A DNA stretch of 20,000 nucleotides from an uncultured virus (IMG/VR IMGVR_UViG_3300032030_000077) (lineage: Duplodnaviria; Heunggongvirae; Uroviricota; Caudoviricetes): IMG/VR virus record IMGVR_UViG_3300032030_000077; one strand, 5' to 3'. The notes under the pieces were generated by a model. It ran no database searches and had not been told where the DNA came from. It saw nothing but the letters and a program-made list of their open reading frames with translations. How positions within the stretch are numbered: position 1 is the first letter of the stretch; each line of letters starts with the position of its first letter. Made by a program: the position numbers and the translations under genes. Shown here one piece after another: positions 1 to 10,586 of this stretch.

Positions 1-633
1 AAGATTGTCGTGAGACGGACTGAAAACCACATAGGAATTGGCTGTCTGGCCATAGCTTCTATCGGTTCCAGCGAATAAAGAAAACTCAAAATTTGATCCA
101 TTTTGAATTATCTTAAACCCAAGATGAAATGCCTGACACACCTTCTTAACAATGTCCAGAATTGTGTCACCCATATACTGAGCGACCTGACTGTAATTGA
201 CAGTTGTTACCCTAAGATCTTCACTTGGAACAAATACAAAATTATTTATTCGTCTTCTTGTGTCGACGGGACTGATTATTGCTTCATTTATTATGGAATG
301 AAGTGCATTCTGTACAGATCCGTTAACCTGGGTCTGTTTCCAGACTATTCTTCTATCGAGAATTGACTCAAGAGAACGCCCAGTTATGTTATAAGTGTTT
401 CCTTCTTCGCTGTCGGTTTCGATTTTTATAGATTCAACTATCATCAACCGATCAGAAGTTGGAATTGACAAGAAGTAATCTTTCTTTATGCTCTGGGCAT
501 ACTTGGAAGTAACTGGTAAACAAAGTTCGAACTCTCCGGTGTCGTTGTATCGGTCAGTCCAAATGAAAGAACTGTATTTCTCAATTACTCCAATACGCTC
601 CAATTCGGAGTTCAGAACATAAATTTCTATCAT
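1..633 (-). CDS. Siphovirus tail-tip/minor tail protein (ReqiPepy6 Gp37-like family), 3' end runs off the window
   Basis: Not in the ORF track. Hand translation from ATG at 633 (SD AAGGAG at 641-646) is open to position 1: MIEIYVLNSELERIGVIEKYSSFIWTDRYNDTGEFEL...ITGRSLESILDRRIVW...GTDRSYGQTANSYVVFSPSHDNL. The S-x-IWTDRY...GEFEL and GRSLESILDRR motifs and the position after Dit are typical of this family. Confidence 0.85.
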   Translation of the reverse strand, partial: MIEIYVLNSELERIGVIEKYSSFIWTDRYNDTGEFELCLPVTSKYAQSIKKDYFLSIPTSDRLMIVESIKIETDSEEGNTYNITGRSLESILDRRIVWKQTQVNGSVQNALHSIINEAIISPVDTRRRINNFVFVPSEDLRVTTVNYSQVAQYMGDTILDIVKKVCQAFHLGFKIIQNGSNFEFSLFAGTDRSYGQTANSYVVFSPSHDNL

Positions 634-635
634 GA

Positions 636-1502
636 TTAAACTCCTTCATAGCATACAGGATTTACAAAACTTGCTTCACTAATAGCATTATTAGGATCAT
701 TTATGTGAATAGTGTTAAGACCAGATTTAAATGTAATCCAGTCTGGATTCTGGTTGATAAGGTTTAATGCATTATGGTCGGCATCAGCAGTGTCAGTCCA
801 TATGCATCCCTTATTACCGAGGACACTTGTTAAGGTTATGATGTCACCTTCAACAAAACCGCCAATAGGTGTAAAGACATCTATTAACTGCGCATCTCCG
901 TCAGGATTTGCACAAGTTATGGTAAAAGCAGGAACTCCAGCATGAACCGGAGCTTCGACTGCAGAACCGATTGTGATTGTCAAATATCCACCGGTTTCTA
1001 CCTCACCCTCATACTCTATAGTAGTGTTTGCATTCGGAATTATCGGTGTAGTCACATCACCATTCGAGTCGTACCATTTAGGGTCTGGACATATAAGGCT
1101 TACTTGTGTCTTGCACATGTCACTAAATATCAACGGCTCATTCTTCTCAACATAACCATATGTCCAAACGGTTCGATTATCTGCTTCTATCTCTATGCAT
1201 ACTTTTTTTTTAATCGGAAAGAGTTGGTAGGAATACTGGCGTGTGCTTTCTATACCCGAACCGCTCTCCGAATAGAATATCAGTTCTATAACAATATTCC
1301 TTTTACCAACTCTTGCCGAATTAAACAGGTCTCCATCTACTACCATCTCTGTGGTGTTTATGTCTGCCTCTACAGGACCAAGACCGTCTATATTATCGAT
1401 GGCAAAACCTGTTTTATCTGTAACATTTGTCGGATCTGTAAGTACCATAGTAAAGGCATCCGACTTATCCGGCTTCTGAAAAACCGTCACTTTTTTAATC
1501 AT
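636..1502 (-). CDS. Distal tail protein (Dit-like siphovirus tail component)
   Basis: 288-aa ORF directly downstream of the tape measure gene, with an AGGAG SD. Motifs IDGLGPVEADIN, SARVGKRNIVI, YGYVEKNE and VSLICPDPKWY, and C-terminal YEGV. Confidence 0.8.
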   Translation of the reverse strand: MIKKVTVFQKPDKSDAFTMVLTDPTNVTDKTGFAIDNIDGLGPVEADINTTEMVVDGDLFNSARVGKRNIVIELIFYSESGSGIESTRQYSYQLFPIKKKVCIEIEADNRTVWTYGYVEKNEPLIFSDMCKTQVSLICPDPKWYDSNGDVTTPIIPNANTTIEYEGEVETGGYLTITIGSAVEAPVHAGVPAFTITCANPDGDAQLIDVFTPIGGFVEGDIITLTSVLGNKGCIWTDTADADHNALNLINQNPDWITFKSGLNTIHINDPNNAISEASFVNPVCYEGV

Positions 1503-1524
1503 TTTGAATTTTCTCCTTTACTAT

Positions 1525-1560
1525 AAAAAGACCTCTGCAAGCTGTGACACCTGCAGAGGC
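1525..1560 (-). terminator. Intrinsic terminator after the tape measure gene
   Basis: Minus strand reads GCCTCTGCAGG-TGTCACAG-CTTGCAGAGGT-CTTTTT: an 11-bp stem (two G-U pairs) followed by a U tract. Confidence 0.7.
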
Positions 1561-1582
1561 ACAGAAAGAAAAGAGGTACAAA

Positions 1583-4500
1583 TTAGGAAATAGCATTAAC
1601 AAGTTGTGAGAAACCGTTACGAGTCTGACGATAGATCTCAGTCCTGCTAAGTGCTTTAGGGCTATTGTTAGTCTGATTGAATGTGATTGACTTAGGCTCT
1701 GCATTCTGCTCAGCTATAATATTGCCAAGCTGAGTAATCATTTCTGCCTGCTGGTCATCGTTTCTAGCCTGAATAGCTATCTGACGACCATTAAACATGT
1801 TTGCAAGAGCTGCAGATCTAGCATTAACCTGAGACAAATCCAAAGTAGGAGTTATGACAGGATTAATGTCTATACTGCCATCAAGCATTCCAGACAGCTG
1901 CTGAATAGCTTCTTGTACGGGAGATAATGTTCCTAAAGCCATTTCTCCTGAAGCATCTTCAGCTAAACCTGAATAATTACGAAGACCTATTGCTAAGCCT
2001 TCATCGATGAATTTACCGATTTGCATGAACACTCTGGACGGCGATTTAATTTGCAGTTCGTCTCTTGCTGCTCTGGAAGCTCTAATAGCAACCGTTCTAG
2101 CAGCCTGTTCAACTCCGGCTATAGCGTTTTCTGAGCTGATTCCTCTTCCAATTCCTCTTGTGATCTGTTCACCGATAGAAAGCCACTGATGCTCAGCATT
2201 AACGGTCAATGCATAATTAATACCATAAATCAAGTCGTTAAAAGTATTTGTAAATCCAGCGCCTCTTCTTTCAAGGTCTATTCCAGCACAAATCTGGTCA
2301 ATAAATTTATGTCCTACTTCTTTAAACGAATCTATGGCATTGTCAAATATGTTTGTTATCGTTTCTATTACCAATCTAGCATTAGCTTCGACTCTTGCTA
2401 TGGCGTCACGGTCAGACATACCGTTTGCTACTTCATTCACATAACCTGTTCCGGCCGACCTTGCTGATCCGCTATTGCTTATGCCATCAGAAGCACTATT
2501 AGCAATATTGGTTCCTGCTGTACGACCAAGTTCAGAAGTTGCAGAATCTGTAGAAATACGGTTTGTCAAATCGCTCATACCGTTCTTGTAAGAAATATAA
2601 AATTCCTCAATGTCAAGAGGCTCTCCTAATGCTGCACTCAATTCAGCAGAGAGTTCATTCTTAAGAGCTTTTGCTTCCCTAGCAATTTTCTGATTATACA
2701 TTTCTGTATAAGAGTCTAATTGTGCATCGGTCATGCTATTAAGCATCTTAAGCTCAGCCAGTGAATCTACACCCATGCTAGCAATGGCTTCTCTGAGGTT
2801 CATATCTGAAATACGATTCATCAAAGATCCAACTGTAGCGTTGTATTCGTTGAGCTGGTCGATCTGAGCCTGCAAATTCGTGATTAACTGGTTTGTAGAT
2901 TCATTAGTCGCGACGTAACTTGCGATGTCTGTATACTCTCCAGTTATCTGAGATATGCTTCCAGTCAATTCATTTTGAATTTTGTTCTGGTTGGCCTGAA
3001 CTTTCTGTCTGTACATTTCCTGATAGCTCGACAGATCTCTATCATTCATCCTATAAAGCGCTCTAAGCTCGGGAAGTTTGTCGACATCCATCTGAGAAAT
3101 GGCTGCTCTCAGGTTTTCATCGGTTACTCTTCCACTAAGCGACGCTACAATTGTATTGAGCTCGTTGACCTGGTTAACCTGATCCTCGAGATTCTTCATT
3201 AATGTCTCAGGAGCAAAAGACTCATCTTCCATCTTAACTTCTGCAAAGAGATCCTGACTGTTCGTTCTCTCTACTGCAGACTGATAGATGTTCTCGTACT
3301 GATTCATTATGTCTTTGATAGTATCGAGGAAGTCATCGCCCTGAGAATCTACACCCTTGAATAAGTCTTTATTAGCATTTGTCTTGGCATCGTCCCACAG
3401 ATCTTCATATTTCTCCATGAGACCGTCAATCTTCTGCATAAGTTCATCTGTTTGTCTAGATGCACTAGAAGCTGAAGAACCAACTCCACCCATAGATCCA
3501 CCAAGATCGTCAAGAGATCCAGATGTCAAATCAGAGATGTTACCAAGATTAGACAATGAATTCTCGAAATCTTTAAGAAGATCTGTAAATGTCGAACCAT
3601 AATCAAGAATACCTTCATCGGTTTCCTGTAAGTTCTGGCTAGCCTGTTCTGCCTGGTATGCTAAATACTCTTCGGGGCTTCTAAAGTTCCTTATAAAGTT
3701 TTCTTCATAAGCTCTCTGCTGAGCAGTTGCAAGTCTGCCAGCATCAGCTCTTACTCTAGCAGTATCATACCAACCAGCTTTCTTACCGGTCTTACCTTTT
3801 CCGCCACCGCTAACCAAGTCAAATATTCCAGAGAGGTCAAGATTTCCACTTAAACCAGCTTTGAAATTAGCAGCAAAACTTTCAGCGGAATTAGCTCCAG
3901 CATTACCGAATACACTTATTCCTTCAAGATTTACAAAATCACCCATTTGAGCTGTTGCGGATCTGAGTATGGATTCAGCACTGGCATTAGTCAAACCTGC
4001 ACCGGCTCCAGCAACCATGTTTCCGCCCCATTCGTCTTCAGTTCTGGTCGAAGGTGAATGTATGCCCATTTCTTCTTTAAACTTATTATCAATTATAGCA
4101 GCCATACCGATAGCGCTGGTTTCAAGAATGGCTTTAGCATGCTCATTTATCAAACCTTTAGCCAATCCAGCGACTATCTGTAAGCTTGCATAATTTGTAA
4201 CAGCGTCTGCTATACGGAGAATGTCATTTGTTGCCTTAATAAACTCGTCAGCATTGAGACCACCAAGAATAGTTGACATGTTGAAAATATCAACAAGATC
4301 TGTCATCATCTTGGTCGCTGCTTCAAGACCGGCATCGATAGCAGATTTCATTGATGCAATAGCAACAAGAGGCCCAACTGCCAGTAAAAGACCAGCATTT
4401 ATTGCTCCGACTTTGACTACACCTAAAACATTAGCTCCAGCGAGCATGTTAAGTGCAGTTACAAATATAAGTATTCCTTCAAGCTTAATTCCTGTCATTA

Positions 4501-7500
4501 TTTCAGTAATTCTTTTTATAGAATCGCATACAAATGTGATCAGACCTATTCCTGAAATAACTGCATTTTGAATTGTGGCAAATGAACCAACTATTCCAAA
4601 AAGTCCTAACAGAGAAATTACAGCTCCCTGGAGTATTGCAAGTCCGGCAATCGCAGGAATTCCTAACGCACCGACTGCTATAATCATCAACATAGTTACT
4701 GTTAGACTTCTCATGGACTGAGTAATTGCTTCCATGACAGTAACAGTATTCTCAACATTACCAATTGCTCCAACTCCGGCTAAAAGAGCAGCAAAGCCTG
4801 CAATAGATGTCAAAAGTATTGCAAACATTGCGTTTCCGAGAAGGATCATCGGTCCAAGATTTCCTAAGAAACTCAATACTACAGAAAATACCAATAAGAA
4901 TGGAAGTAAACCGTTCATTGCCTTGGTTAACGATTCCATTATGGTTACGGTATTGTCTACATTTCCTATTGTCCCTATGTATGCCATGAAAGCGCCGAAC
5001 GACGCAACAAGTCCGAGCAGCATAGTAAATCCAGCAACACTTAGGAAGAACTCTTTATTGACATTTAAAACACTAAGTACTGACATGGTTATTAACAAGA
5101 ATGGTAATAATCCGGTCATTGTTAAAACCATTCCTTGCATTATTGTCAAAGTGTCTGAAGGATCTCCTATTAACCCTATGAGAGACATGAGAAGACCAAA
5201 CACACTTATTACACTAAGTAACGCAGAGAAAGCGCCAACACCTTTATAAATCTGGTCTGTAGCATTAATCTTACTGAGCAAGAATATAATTCCAGTGATA
5301 ACGAACGATAAAGAACTCATCGCAACGACAATTCCGGTCAATGCATTTATCGAATTTGTAGACCCAATTATTGCTGCTGATGACGCGAAAAATAACGACA
5401 TGAAACCCAATACAGCTGTAATTCCACTAAAAGCCTTTATCGCGTTAGCAGGTATTTGAGTAACCTTGCTTAACAAAACCAGTGTTTCGGCAACAACAAT
5501 GGACAATACAGACATGCTCATAGCTATAGCAAGCAAAGCACCTTTATCAGCGACAGGTATCTTGCTAAGCGCAAATATGTCAGCAGTCAAGATAGCCAAA
5601 GTGTAAATCATGGCTTTAAGAGTATTGTCGTCAAGTTTTACAGGCTTTATATGACTAAGCGAGTACGATAATGCAGTAAGTATAATGCCAATTGAAACTG
5701 CTGAACTAAGCACTGAATCCCACTGAACATTAGCGAGCACAGCAAGAGCACCGGTAAGGACGATTATAAGACTAACCATCTGGAGAATTGTCTTTCCATT
5801 TTGATTTTGCTTAAGTCCGAAACCGTTAAGCTTTTCTGCGGCGACAGCTATGGCTCCAAGAACTAATGCCATTCCACCTGCAGCAGCTACAGCTCTATAT
5901 GGATCAAGAATTGTCATTATTGAGATCATCATTGTCATCGTAAAGATGAGCCCAACAAGTCCTCTAAGTGACGATCCATTGGTTCCCTGAAGTGCTTTTA
6001 TTGATGCATATATTCCAACAAACGAAGCTACTATAATACTTAATGTTTTAGCAATGTCCTGCCATGAATACTTAGAAATTGTTTCCATGGTAGAACCATA
6101 TGCTTTAAGCAATACAGCAACAGCCATGAGACTAAGTATTACACCCATGAGACCGCTCTGAGATGACTTATTGTAATACAAACCACCTTTTAAGCTTGCT
6201 GTAAATGTCTTATCAGCAGTGCCTAAAGTTCTTGTTATAAGCCATATTGCTCCTGCAAACAGAACTAATACCGATGCTGCTTTTGCCCAGCTTGAATAGA
6301 ATGTATCAGCATCAAACTTGGCATATGCACTGATAATGTCTGTAAACTGATTAAGCACGATCAAGAATGCCATCATATCTACAGCACTTGCCATGAGCCC
6401 AAATCCAGCCTTCTTACATGCTGCGCCCATGATAGCAACTGATCCAGCCATAATAAGCATAGCCAGTCCGATTTCAGCAAATACAAACCATACAGAATTA
6501 GCATCGTCTTTGCTTCTGAAACGTCTGTTCATGTCAGCAAATGTTTCAACAACAGAAGCGAATCCTTTTAAAACAGCTGTAAATGCCAACATCACAACTG
6601 CAGCTCCGAGTAATCCTCCGCCAGCTTTCTTGCAAGTTGTACCGAGTATTGCCACAGCAGCGATAATTGTAGCTAAAACAGCACCCATTCGATCAAAGCC
6701 GAGCCACATTTCTTCTTCAGGAATATTAGCCCAAGCTACAACAGCTTTATACAAAATATAAATAGAACCAGCTATGCTCACAAGAAGAAGTGCAATACTT
6801 GTGAATAAAGATGCTCTTCCAATATTCTTTAAGAAAGACTGTATTCCTTTAGCTACTCTTTCCATAGATCTGGAAAGTGAAGCCATAAACGAGGAAACAG
6901 CTTTCTCCCACGGTTTAACTTTATCTTTTGACTGGTTCATCGCAGTCACAGCGTTCATTATTCTCTGAATAGCAAAGCTTACTCCCATTATTGCAAGAGT
7001 AACTGCCATAAGAACACCTATTGTATTAAGTATTCTATCTGCAGGAACGAAGCTGAGAACAACAATTGCTGCTGCAAATATCAAGAACGCAGTAGCCATC
7101 TTCTTAATAGAACTTGCTGCAAGAGACAGAGCTTCGGCATTGTTCTTATTCGCCCAAGATGTTACTGCTCTAGAAATTGCAGAGCCAACTCTAAGCACAT
7201 TGTATAAAACGCCAAAAGTAAGAAGTGACTCGATGATTGCGACTACCGATGTAAGTCCTAAGAACTTTGTCGATATGAACTCATAAACGGACATAAATGC
7301 ATTCTTAATCCGTTCGCCAATATTTGCAAATATTTCTATGAGACCTGCACCAGTGCTCTTCATCTTATCGAAGACCGATGCCATGGTTTCTCTAAGATTT
7401 GTAAATGCTCTTGCTATTCCAACAAAGAACAACCCAATTGCTCCGAGGAACGACAGAATTGCTCTCTGAATAACAGGAAGCATTCCGCCAGTCAAGAATG

Positions 7501-9610
7501 TTCCGACGAGCTGTCTGAAAGCTCTTATCATCTCATAGACTCTGGAAAGATCGATATTCTTCAAACTTTCACCAAGAAGCTTAAATACTTCAGCAACTTC
7601 CCTTATGGCAAGTCCAACAAGGCCTATAATAATTCCAAGAACAGTTATTATAGCTCTTCCGGCATAAGTGAAAGTGGTAGTAAGGATTCTTACAACAGAG
7701 TCAAGAATCTTAGATTCAGCTATGAAATCGACTATATAAGCAATTATTTCTGCAAAAATAGAAACAAATGCAATAACTACATCAACCAATGGAGTAAAAG
7801 CTCCAACAATCTTAATTACTCCACCAGCTAATTTAGCGATTACACTAATTCCAGTTTTTACTATCTTAAAAAATGTCGTAAATATTTTTACAAGATTTCT
7901 CTGAGCAGGAACCGAAAGCTTAAGTTTCGAAGTAAAATCCGAAATAGCTTCAGTTATTCCAACAACTCCCTGAACTCCGTTTCCTGTAAATACTTTTAAA
8001 AATGCTTCAATAGCAGGGCCAACAACTGAAGAAATACCATTACCAAGGTTAATTGCTACAGAAAGGACATTCTTTAAAATGTTGGCAAGCTGTGAAATTC
8101 TGGTTTCTGCAACAGTATTACCGAATGCAGCAGACATAGCGTTGGAAAACTGCTCAAATGAGATTTCGCCATTATGGCACATCATAACTATCTCATCTTC
8201 AGTCTTGTCCATAGACTCAGCAAGGTTCTTGTAAACCTTACCCATGTCATTTCCGCTATTATGCATAATCTGCGTAAGTACAGTTATTGCAGACTGTGAA
8301 TTCCTTGCACCAGATTCAACATCATCAAATACCGATTTAATAAATCCAAAACTGCTTCCTGACAGTTGAGCAATTGCTGACATGGTCTGCTCTATAACAT
8401 TCTGTCCACCATGCCAAACATTGAACAAATCATGAGCTTTTTCAGTTAATCTAGTAATAGCATTAACAAATAGCTCAACGATACTTGCTTCTTTTTCTAC
8501 TCCAGGAAACTTTATTTTGAAATTTAACGCTTTTCTTACCTGGTTGATAGCTATTCTCACATCGTTAAGAATAGGAATCATCTTTTCTCTGAAAGGACCA
8601 ATGAAATCCGCACCTATCTTAGACAGAGCGAACTTCATGTTACTAAATGCACCAGTGAAAGTGTTGTTAGCATCCTTAGCATGATCGCCATAAGTGGCAT
8701 CCATAGCCTTTGCAAAAGTCATGAAGTCGATCTGACCTTTGGAAACCATGTCACGGATGTCTTTCTCTGTTGCATTGGCTGTAACACCAATATCATTCAG
8801 GTAATCTCTCAAAGTAGCTGCGGCATTAAGACCTCTAGCAGAAAGACTCTGCAGGTCTATTGCCATTACCCTACCATTACCAGAAATTCTCTCAAACACA
8901 TGGGCGATATCGTCATAAGACGCATTAGCCATTGCCGCAGTACCAGAAATGGATCTCAATGCAACCTGCATTTCTGTTCTTAACAGACCGTTTGCATCTT
9001 TCAGATCTTCCGAGAAATGAAGAACATCGACACCTGAAGTAGCAAGAACTGATGCCGCTTTAGCAGCTGAGTCCAGTCCATAAGCAGTGTCTGCAACAGC
9101 ATAATCAGCTGCATTCATTGCTACTATAAGGTCTTCAGACATTCCAACCATGTTTGCAATCTCCGAAGAAGATGCTCTCATGGTCATGTTAAGTTTAGCT
9201 ATTCCTTCGTCAGTCTTACCAAACAGACCTTCCAACTGGAACTGAGCCTGAGCAATATTGGCAGCTCTGTTGGTACCACCAGTAATGATCTGCTGCCAAG
9301 GTTTAGCTAAAACTCGCCCTAATTTACCAGCGAGATTCATTACTTCATTGGTAATTCGCTGAATAGCAGTCATACCAACGATTCCAAAAGTCGAGAATCT
9401 ATCAGACAAGCTTTCAAGACTTGATGTAATACCGGAAAGATCTATGTTTCTTGTGGCTCTTTCGAGAGAATCAAAGCTATTTGCATCAAACTGAAGGCTG
9501 TCTTTTAACTCATTTACAATATCTATGGTCTGGGAGACATTCTCTACAAACTTCGAGTTGTCAAATTTAATCTCTACCACATTAGTATCAATTACATCGT
9601 TCTCATTCAT
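1583..9610 (-). CDS. Tail tape measure protein (2675 aa)
   Basis: Very long helical Ala/Ile/Leu-rich ORF. It has an N-terminal tape-measure domain (AQAQFQLEGL, VADTAYGLDSAAKAASVLATSGV, MVSKGQIDFMTFAKAM), long hydrophobic repeats and C-terminal LQIKSPSRVF and PVITPTLDLS motifs. It lies just before Dit, has an AAAGGAG SD and overlaps the upstream gene by ATGA. Confidence 0.95.
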   Translation of the reverse strand: MNENDVIDTNVVEIKFDNSKFVENVSQTIDIVNELKDSLQFDANSFDSLERATRNIDLSGITSSLESLSDRFSTFGIVGMTAIQRITNEVMNLAGKLGRVLAKPWQQIITGGTNRAANIAQAQFQLEGLFGKTDEGIAKLNMTMRASSSEIANMVGMSEDLIVAMNAADYAVADTAYGLDSAAKAASVLATSGVDVLHFSEDLKDANGLLRTEMQVALRSISGTAAMANASYDDIAHVFERISGNGRVMAIDLQSLSARGLNAAATLRDYLNDIGVTANATEKDIRDMVSKGQIDFMTFAKAMDATYGDHAKDANNTFTGAFSNMKFALSKIGADFIGPFREKMIPILNDVRIAINQVRKALNFKIKFPGVEKEASIVELFVNAITRLTEKAHDLFNVWHGGQNVIEQTMSAIAQLSGSSFGFIKSVFDDVESGARNSQSAITVLTQIMHNSGNDMGKVYKNLAESMDKTEDEIVMMCHNGEISFEQFSNAMSAAFGNTVAETRISQLANILKNVLSVAINLGNGISSVVGPAIEAFLKVFTGNGVQGVVGITEAISDFTSKLKLSVPAQRNLVKIFTTFFKIVKTGISVIAKLAGGVIKIVGAFTPLVDVVIAFVSIFAEIIAYIVDFIAESKILDSVVRILTTTFTYAGRAIITVLGIIIGLVGLAIREVAEVFKLLGESLKNIDLSRVYEMIRAFRQLVGTFLTGGMLPVIQRAILSFLGAIGLFFVGIARAFTNLRETMASVFDKMKSTGAGLIEIFANIGERIKNAFMSVYEFISTKFLGLTSVVAIIESLLTFGVLYNVLRVGSAISRAVTSWANKNNAEALSLAASSIKKMATAFLIFAAAIVVLSFVPADRILNTIGVLMAVTLAIMGVSFAIQRIMNAVTAMNQSKDKVKPWEKAVSSFMASLSRSMERVAKGIQSFLKNIGRASLFTSIALLLVSIAGSIYILYKAVVAWANIPEEEMWLGFDRMGAVLATIIAAVAILGTTCKKAGGGLLGAAVVMLAFTAVLKGFASVVETFADMNRRFRSKDDANSVWFVFAEIGLAMLIMAGSVAIMGAACKKAGFGLMASAVDMMAFLIVLNQFTDIISAYAKFDADTFYSSWAKAASVLVLFAGAIWLITRTLGTADKTFTASLKGGLYYNKSSQSGLMGVILSLMAVAVLLKAYGSTMETISKYSWQDIAKTLSIIVASFVGIYASIKALQGTNGSSLRGLVGLIFTMTMMISIMTILDPYRAVAAAGGMALVLGAIAVAAEKLNGFGLKQNQNGKTILQMVSLIIVLTGALAVLANVQWDSVLSSAVSIGIILTALSYSLSHIKPVKLDDNTLKAMIYTLAILTADIFALSKIPVADKGALLAIAMSMSVLSIVVAETLVLLSKVTQIPANAIKAFSGITAVLGFMSLFFASSAAIIGSTNSINALTGIVVAMSSLSFVITGIIFLLSKINATDQIYKGVGAFSALLSVISVFGLLMSLIGLIGDPSDTLTIMQGMVLTMTGLLPFLLITMSVLSVLNVNKEFFLSVAGFTMLLGLVASFGAFMAYIGTIGNVDNTVTIMESLTKAMNGLLPFLLVFSVVLSFLGNLGPMILLGNAMFAILLTSIAGFAALLAGVGAIGNVENTVTVMEAITQSMRSLTVTMLMIIAVGALGIPAIAGLAILQGAVISLLGLFGIVGSFATIQNAVISGIGLITFVCDSIKRITEIMTGIKLEGILIFVTALNMLAGANVLGVVKVGAINAGLLLAVGPLVAIASMKSAIDAGLEAATKMMTDLVDIFNMSTILGGLNADEFIKATNDILRIADAVTNYASLQIVAGLAKGLINEHAKAILETSAIGMAAIIDNKFKEEMGIHSPSTRTEDEWGGNMVAGAGAGLTNASAESILRSATAQMGDFVNLEGISVFGNAGANSAESFAANFKAGLSGNLDLSGIFDLVSGGGKGKTGKKAGWYDTARVRADAGRLATAQQRAYEENFIRNFRSPEEYLAYQAEQASQNLQETDEGILDYGSTFTDLLKDFENSLSNLGNISDLTSGSLDDLGGSMGGVGSSASSASRQTDELMQKIDGLMEKYEDLWDDAKTNANKDLFKGVDSQGDDFLDTIKDIMNQYENIYQSAVERTNSQDLFAEVKMEDESFAPETLMKNLEDQVNQVNELNTIVASLSGRVTDENLRAAISQMDVDKLPELRALYRMNDRDLSSYQEMYRQKVQANQNKIQNELTGSISQITGEYTDIASYVATNESTNQLITNLQAQIDQLNEYNATVGSLMNRISDMNLREAIASMGVDSLAELKMLNSMTDAQLDSYTEMYNQKIAREAKALKNELSAELSAALGEPLDIEEFYISYKNGMSDLTNRISTDSATSELGRTAGTNIANSASDGISNSGSARSAGTGYVNEVANGMSDRDAIARVEANARLVIETITNIFDNAIDSFKEVGHKFIDQICAGIDLERRGAGFTNTFNDLIYGINYALTVNAEHQWLSIGEQITRGIGRGISSENAIAGVEQAARTVAIRASRAARDELQIKSPSRVFMQIGKFIDEGLAIGLRNYSGLAEDASGEMALGTLSPVQEAIQQLSGMLDGSIDINPVITPTLDLSQVNARSAALANMFNGRQIAIQARNDDQQAEMITQLGNIIAEQNAEPKSITFNQTNNSPKALSRTEIYRQTRNGFSQLVNAIS

Positions 9611-9993
9611 AGAGCTTCTATCTCCTTTCTCATATCTTCGGCTATCTGAACAAATACCGGTAACATAGCCGGAGTAATGTAGTCATTTGGAGGAACCCAT
9701 ACACCTGATCTGGTACCGTGGCCATAGTAAACAAGTAACGCCACGTTTTTACCATTCTCTATGTCTGTGTTATAAAATATCAAACTGACAGAATTACGTG
9801 TTCTGCGTATCTTATAATGCCAAGATGACGCCAATAATCCCGTAACTTTAGGAGTTGTTTCAGCCAAAGCTGCAACTCCAAGCTTTCCGTAATAGTCCAG
9901 TCTACCTAACTTGATGAATTCCAAACATTTTTCAAGGAAAGAATTTGTTTTCTTGAAATCTCCTTTGAGACTGCATGTGATAGCTGAACTCAT
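9607..9993 (-). CDS. HK97 gp10-like tail completion/neck protein (128 aa; start revised to ATG 9993)
   Basis: Motifs GVAALAETTPKVTGLLASSWHY, VALLVYYGHGT and DYITPAM (TP-x-x-TG...YG...P pattern), and position before the tape measure gene. ATG 9993 follows AGGAAATTCAAA and avoids overlap with the upstream gene. Confidence 0.7.
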   Translation of the reverse strand: MSSAITCSLKGDFKKTNSFLEKCLEFIKLGRLDYYGKLGVAALAETTPKVTGLLASSWHYKIRRTRNSVSLIFYNTDIENGKNVALLVYYGHGTRSGVWVPPNDYITPAMLPVFVQIAEDMRKEIEAL

Positions 9994-10003
9994 TTTGAAT
10001 TTC

Positions 10004-10567
10004 CTAGCCTTTCGAGTTATACTTGGCTCTTCTTGCAGCATTCAAAGCCATGTTACGTTGCATAATCTCACTTTTTCCCATCTTCTTAGGCGGTGTATTC
10101 TTAGCATTGCATACTTCGATAAGCCTAATGAGCCTGTTAAGATGCCATTTTTCGAACTCACAAGGTATCTGAAGGGCTATCATCCAGTAATAGATAAGTT
10201 CTGAAGTTACAACCTCTTTGGGACCTGACTTTTGACCAGGAACTTCACGTATGGTTGTAGCAGTCATCGGATCGTTTATGTAATCAGAAATCTTTTTTAT
10301 ATCATCGGCTGTCAAATAGTTGTAAACGACATCAGGTACATTCTGGTTTATTGTCATACACTTGATGTAGTGTATAGTCTGCTCTTCTGTATGCTGCTCT
10401 TTTGACATAAACGGAATATGCCACTTTGATTCCCATTTCGAAATCGATATTAGGGAATGCTCTAGATTAAGATCAATAGCTCTATTGCCAGGAATTTTGC
10501 GGAACTCCTCTTTCTTGGGGTCCCAATAGTCCTTTTCAGGATGCTCATCGATGTGAATCGTGATCAT
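10004..10567 (-). CDS. Putative tail assembly chaperone 2 (187 aa; start revised to ATG 10567)
   Basis: SD AAAGGAG at 10574-10580. Motifs LEHSLISISKWESKWHIPF, TSELIYYWMIALQIP and KWHLNRL are recognisable from pre-tape-measure genes of related siphoviruses. Confidence 0.65.
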   Translation of the reverse strand: MITIHIDEHPEKDYWDPKKEEFRKIPGNRAIDLNLEHSLISISKWESKWHIPFMSKEQHTEEQTIHYIKCMTINQNVPDVVYNYLTADDIKKISDYINDPMTATTIREVPGQKSGPKEVVTSELIYYWMIALQIPCEFEKWHLNRLIRLIEVCNAKNTPPKKMGKSEIMQRNMALNAARRAKYNSKG

Positions 10568-10586
10568 TGGTGTCTCCTTTACCAAT

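Noticed and set aside
1495..1704. 69-aa minus-strand ORF bridging the tape measure end and Dit
   Set aside because: Overlaps the tape measure gene out of frame, crosses a terminator and shows no protein-like features.
10455..10466. LEHS in tail chaperone 2 (and IDHG in the major tail protein) as further processing sites
   Set aside because: Both lie inside apparently conserved folded regions of non-head proteins with no acidic spacer. They are kept as a caveat that the short motif alone can occur by chance.
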